A program made the translations under genes and the position numbers. Below the pieces are notes generated by a model that saw nothing but the letters and a program-made list of their open reading frames with translations, ran no database searches and had not been told where the DNA came from. 64,000 nucleotides of DNA from Anolis carolinensis (Eukaryota), in contig NC_085842.1 of the NCBI RefSeq assembly GCF_035594765.1, forward strand, positions 315,751,749-315,815,748, in the 5' to 3' direction. Positions within the stretch are counted from its first letter, which is position 1; each line of letters begins with the position of its first letter. Shown here in pieces: positions 62,225-64,000 of this stretch.

Positions 62225-62715
62225 ATACCACATACTGACCATGGTGATGCACACCTTAGTCACATCCAAACTAGATTACTGTAACATGTCTATGTGGAGC
62301 TGCCCCAGAAGAGCATTGAGAAACTTCAACTGGTTCAAAGGTCAGCTGCCAAAATGCTTACAGGAGCTGGGTATAGGGAAAGAACTACCCCTCCCCTAAA
62401 ACAAATGCACTGGCTACCGGGCACAATTCAAGGTTTTGGCATTAGCCTATAAAGCCCTAAACTGTTTGGGCCTAGCCTGCTTATCAGACCACATCTCCTT
62501 CTACAAGCCCACATGACCACTGTGGTCATCAGGAAAGGCCATGCTCTTGGTCCCACCATCATCTCAAGCACGGCCGGTGGAAACGAGAGAGAGGGCCTTT
62601 TAGGTGGTGGCCCCGCTGCTCTGGAACTCCCTTACTAAAGAGGTTAGAACAGCTCCCTTCTTGCTTCCAGTTATGAACCAAGTTTAAACTTTCTTATGGA
62701 AGCAGGCCTCCCCTG
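62225..62715 (+). mobile_element. L2 ORF2 3' fragment
   Basis: VMHTLVTSKLDYCN..KLQLVQRSAAKML..LKQMHWLP..AYKAL..RAF.VVAP.LWNSL. Confidence 0.88.
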
Positions 62716-62723
62716 AAGGAGAA

Positions 62724-62998
62724 TAAAGTAAAGGTAAATGTTCCCCCTGACATTAAGTCCAGTCGTGACCGACTCCGGGGATTGGTGCTCATCTCCATTT
62801 CTAAGCCGAGGAGCCGGCGTTGTTCGTAGACACCTCCAAGGTCATGTGACTTGCATGGAGCACCGTTACCTTCCTATTGATCTACTCACATTGGCATGTT
62901 TTCGAACTGCTAGGTTGGCAGAAGGTGGAGCTAATAGCGGGCGCTCAATCCGCTCCCAGGATTTGAGCCTGCGACCTTTTGATCTGCAAGTTCAGCAT
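62724..62998 (-). mobile_element. Sauria SINE
   Basis: Core and tail match the other copies. Confidence 0.93.
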
Positions 62999-63136
62999 TT
63001 CTGGAGGTTCACTATAATAGGAATGAATATTAGATGAGATTTTTAACTCTATTGAATGTTTAAACTGTGTCGTGTTAACTATTTAATATGTTGTCACGGT
63101 TTTATAATTTTTGTTAGCTAAATTGTGCCCCAGTAT

Positions 63137-63288
63137 GTAATGGCGTTCCATGCAGTCATGCCGGCCACATGACCTTGGAGGAGTCTACGGACAACGCCGG
63201 CTCTTCGGCTTAGAAATGGAGATGAGCACCAACCTCCAGAGTCGGTCACGACTGGACTTAATGTCAGGGAAAACCTTGACCTTTACCT
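63137..63288 (+). mobile_element. Sauria SINE 3' half
   Basis: CATGCAGTCATGCCGGCCACATGACCTTGGAG..GGCTTAGAAATGGAGATGAGCACC..ACCTTTACC. Confidence 0.93.
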
Positions 63289-64000
63289 ATGTGACACCTG
63301 GTGTTTTTTGAACATGAGTTCAAGCCAGATTAATAGGTTCAATCCCATTAGCCTGTGTGCTAATGGGCAGCGTAGATGTAGCCCATATTGTTTCTGCCTC
63401 TGTTACCATTTTTAGTCACTGTAGTTGTGGAAGAAGTAAGACCCAGGAGCACATCTACTTTTACAATTGAAGTATATCTATGAATCCAGGTTTCCAAATT
63501 CTGGACTGCAAATGTATCATCTCAGGCAAGATAAATCACTTATGTGTGCAAATTGTGCATCCCAGCCATTAAATGGCAAGAAAGTCAACTTATAGGAGCT
63601 GTTAGAAAGCAGGACAATCGAGAGGTGTGCCAACAACATTCCCTTCTCCTTTGAGGGTCATCATTGGTTTGGGGCTGGCTTTGGGAAATGACATATTCTT
63701 CCTTTGACACTTTGATCTAGGTCTCCCCTTTGCATGGCCCGCCCTTGGTGTGTCCATCCGGCACCTGCTCATTAGTTTTCATCCTACCGAGTCCAGCCTG
63801 ACCTTTCCACTGCCATGCTTTGCTGAATCAGACCCAAAAGTTCTCTGCTGACTAATTCAATTAGTTTTCCTGTGACAGGAAGAGATGAGCAGACGATTGA
63901 TTTTGCAAAGGTTAATATTTCACATTGCCTTGTCATGAGACCTGTTAATAACCGTCTCGTGTTCCATTTGAACTATTTAAGTTGGCTCTGTCAGGACTGC

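Noticed and set aside
1-64000. Hammerhead or HDV-like ribozymes
   Set aside because: The CTGANGA hits I inspected by eye (e.g. 1827, 6100, 17433, 41625) lack a properly placed GAAA and stems. The R4 and RTE copies lack the 5' ends where HDV-like ribozymes occur. An Infernal/RNAMotif scan would be decisive.

Overview
AT-rich, CpG-depleted vertebrate genomic DNA. Its repeats (Sauria SINEs, Bov-B/RTE, L2, CR1, R4/Dong, L1, Helitron, hAT, Tc1/mariner/pogo, PIF-Harbinger MITEs) point to a squamate lizard, most consistent with Anolis. I found no host protein-coding exon, tRNA/rRNA gene or CRISPR array. The window reads as a large intron or gene desert; every ORF with recognisable protein motifs is a decayed transposon ORF. 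A 134-N assembly gap lies at 34074-34207. I cannot support a wholly new biological system here. The most interesting signals are TE-on-TE relationships: (1) R4/Dong copies sitting in (AAT)n tracts that appear to be L2 tails; (2) a young 1.68-kb non-autonomous hAT with a CCAAT/E-box/TATA cassette, a YY1+NRF1 pair and a mosaic ~145-bp tandem array; (3) a pogo element that, from recollection, closely resembles mammalian Tigger4/MER46 and is split by two related hATs; (4) multi-level nested insertions; (5) covarying 3' stem-loops shared by L2 and its partner SINE. Family names come from recalled consensus features, not database searches. Boundaries without TSD support are approximate.
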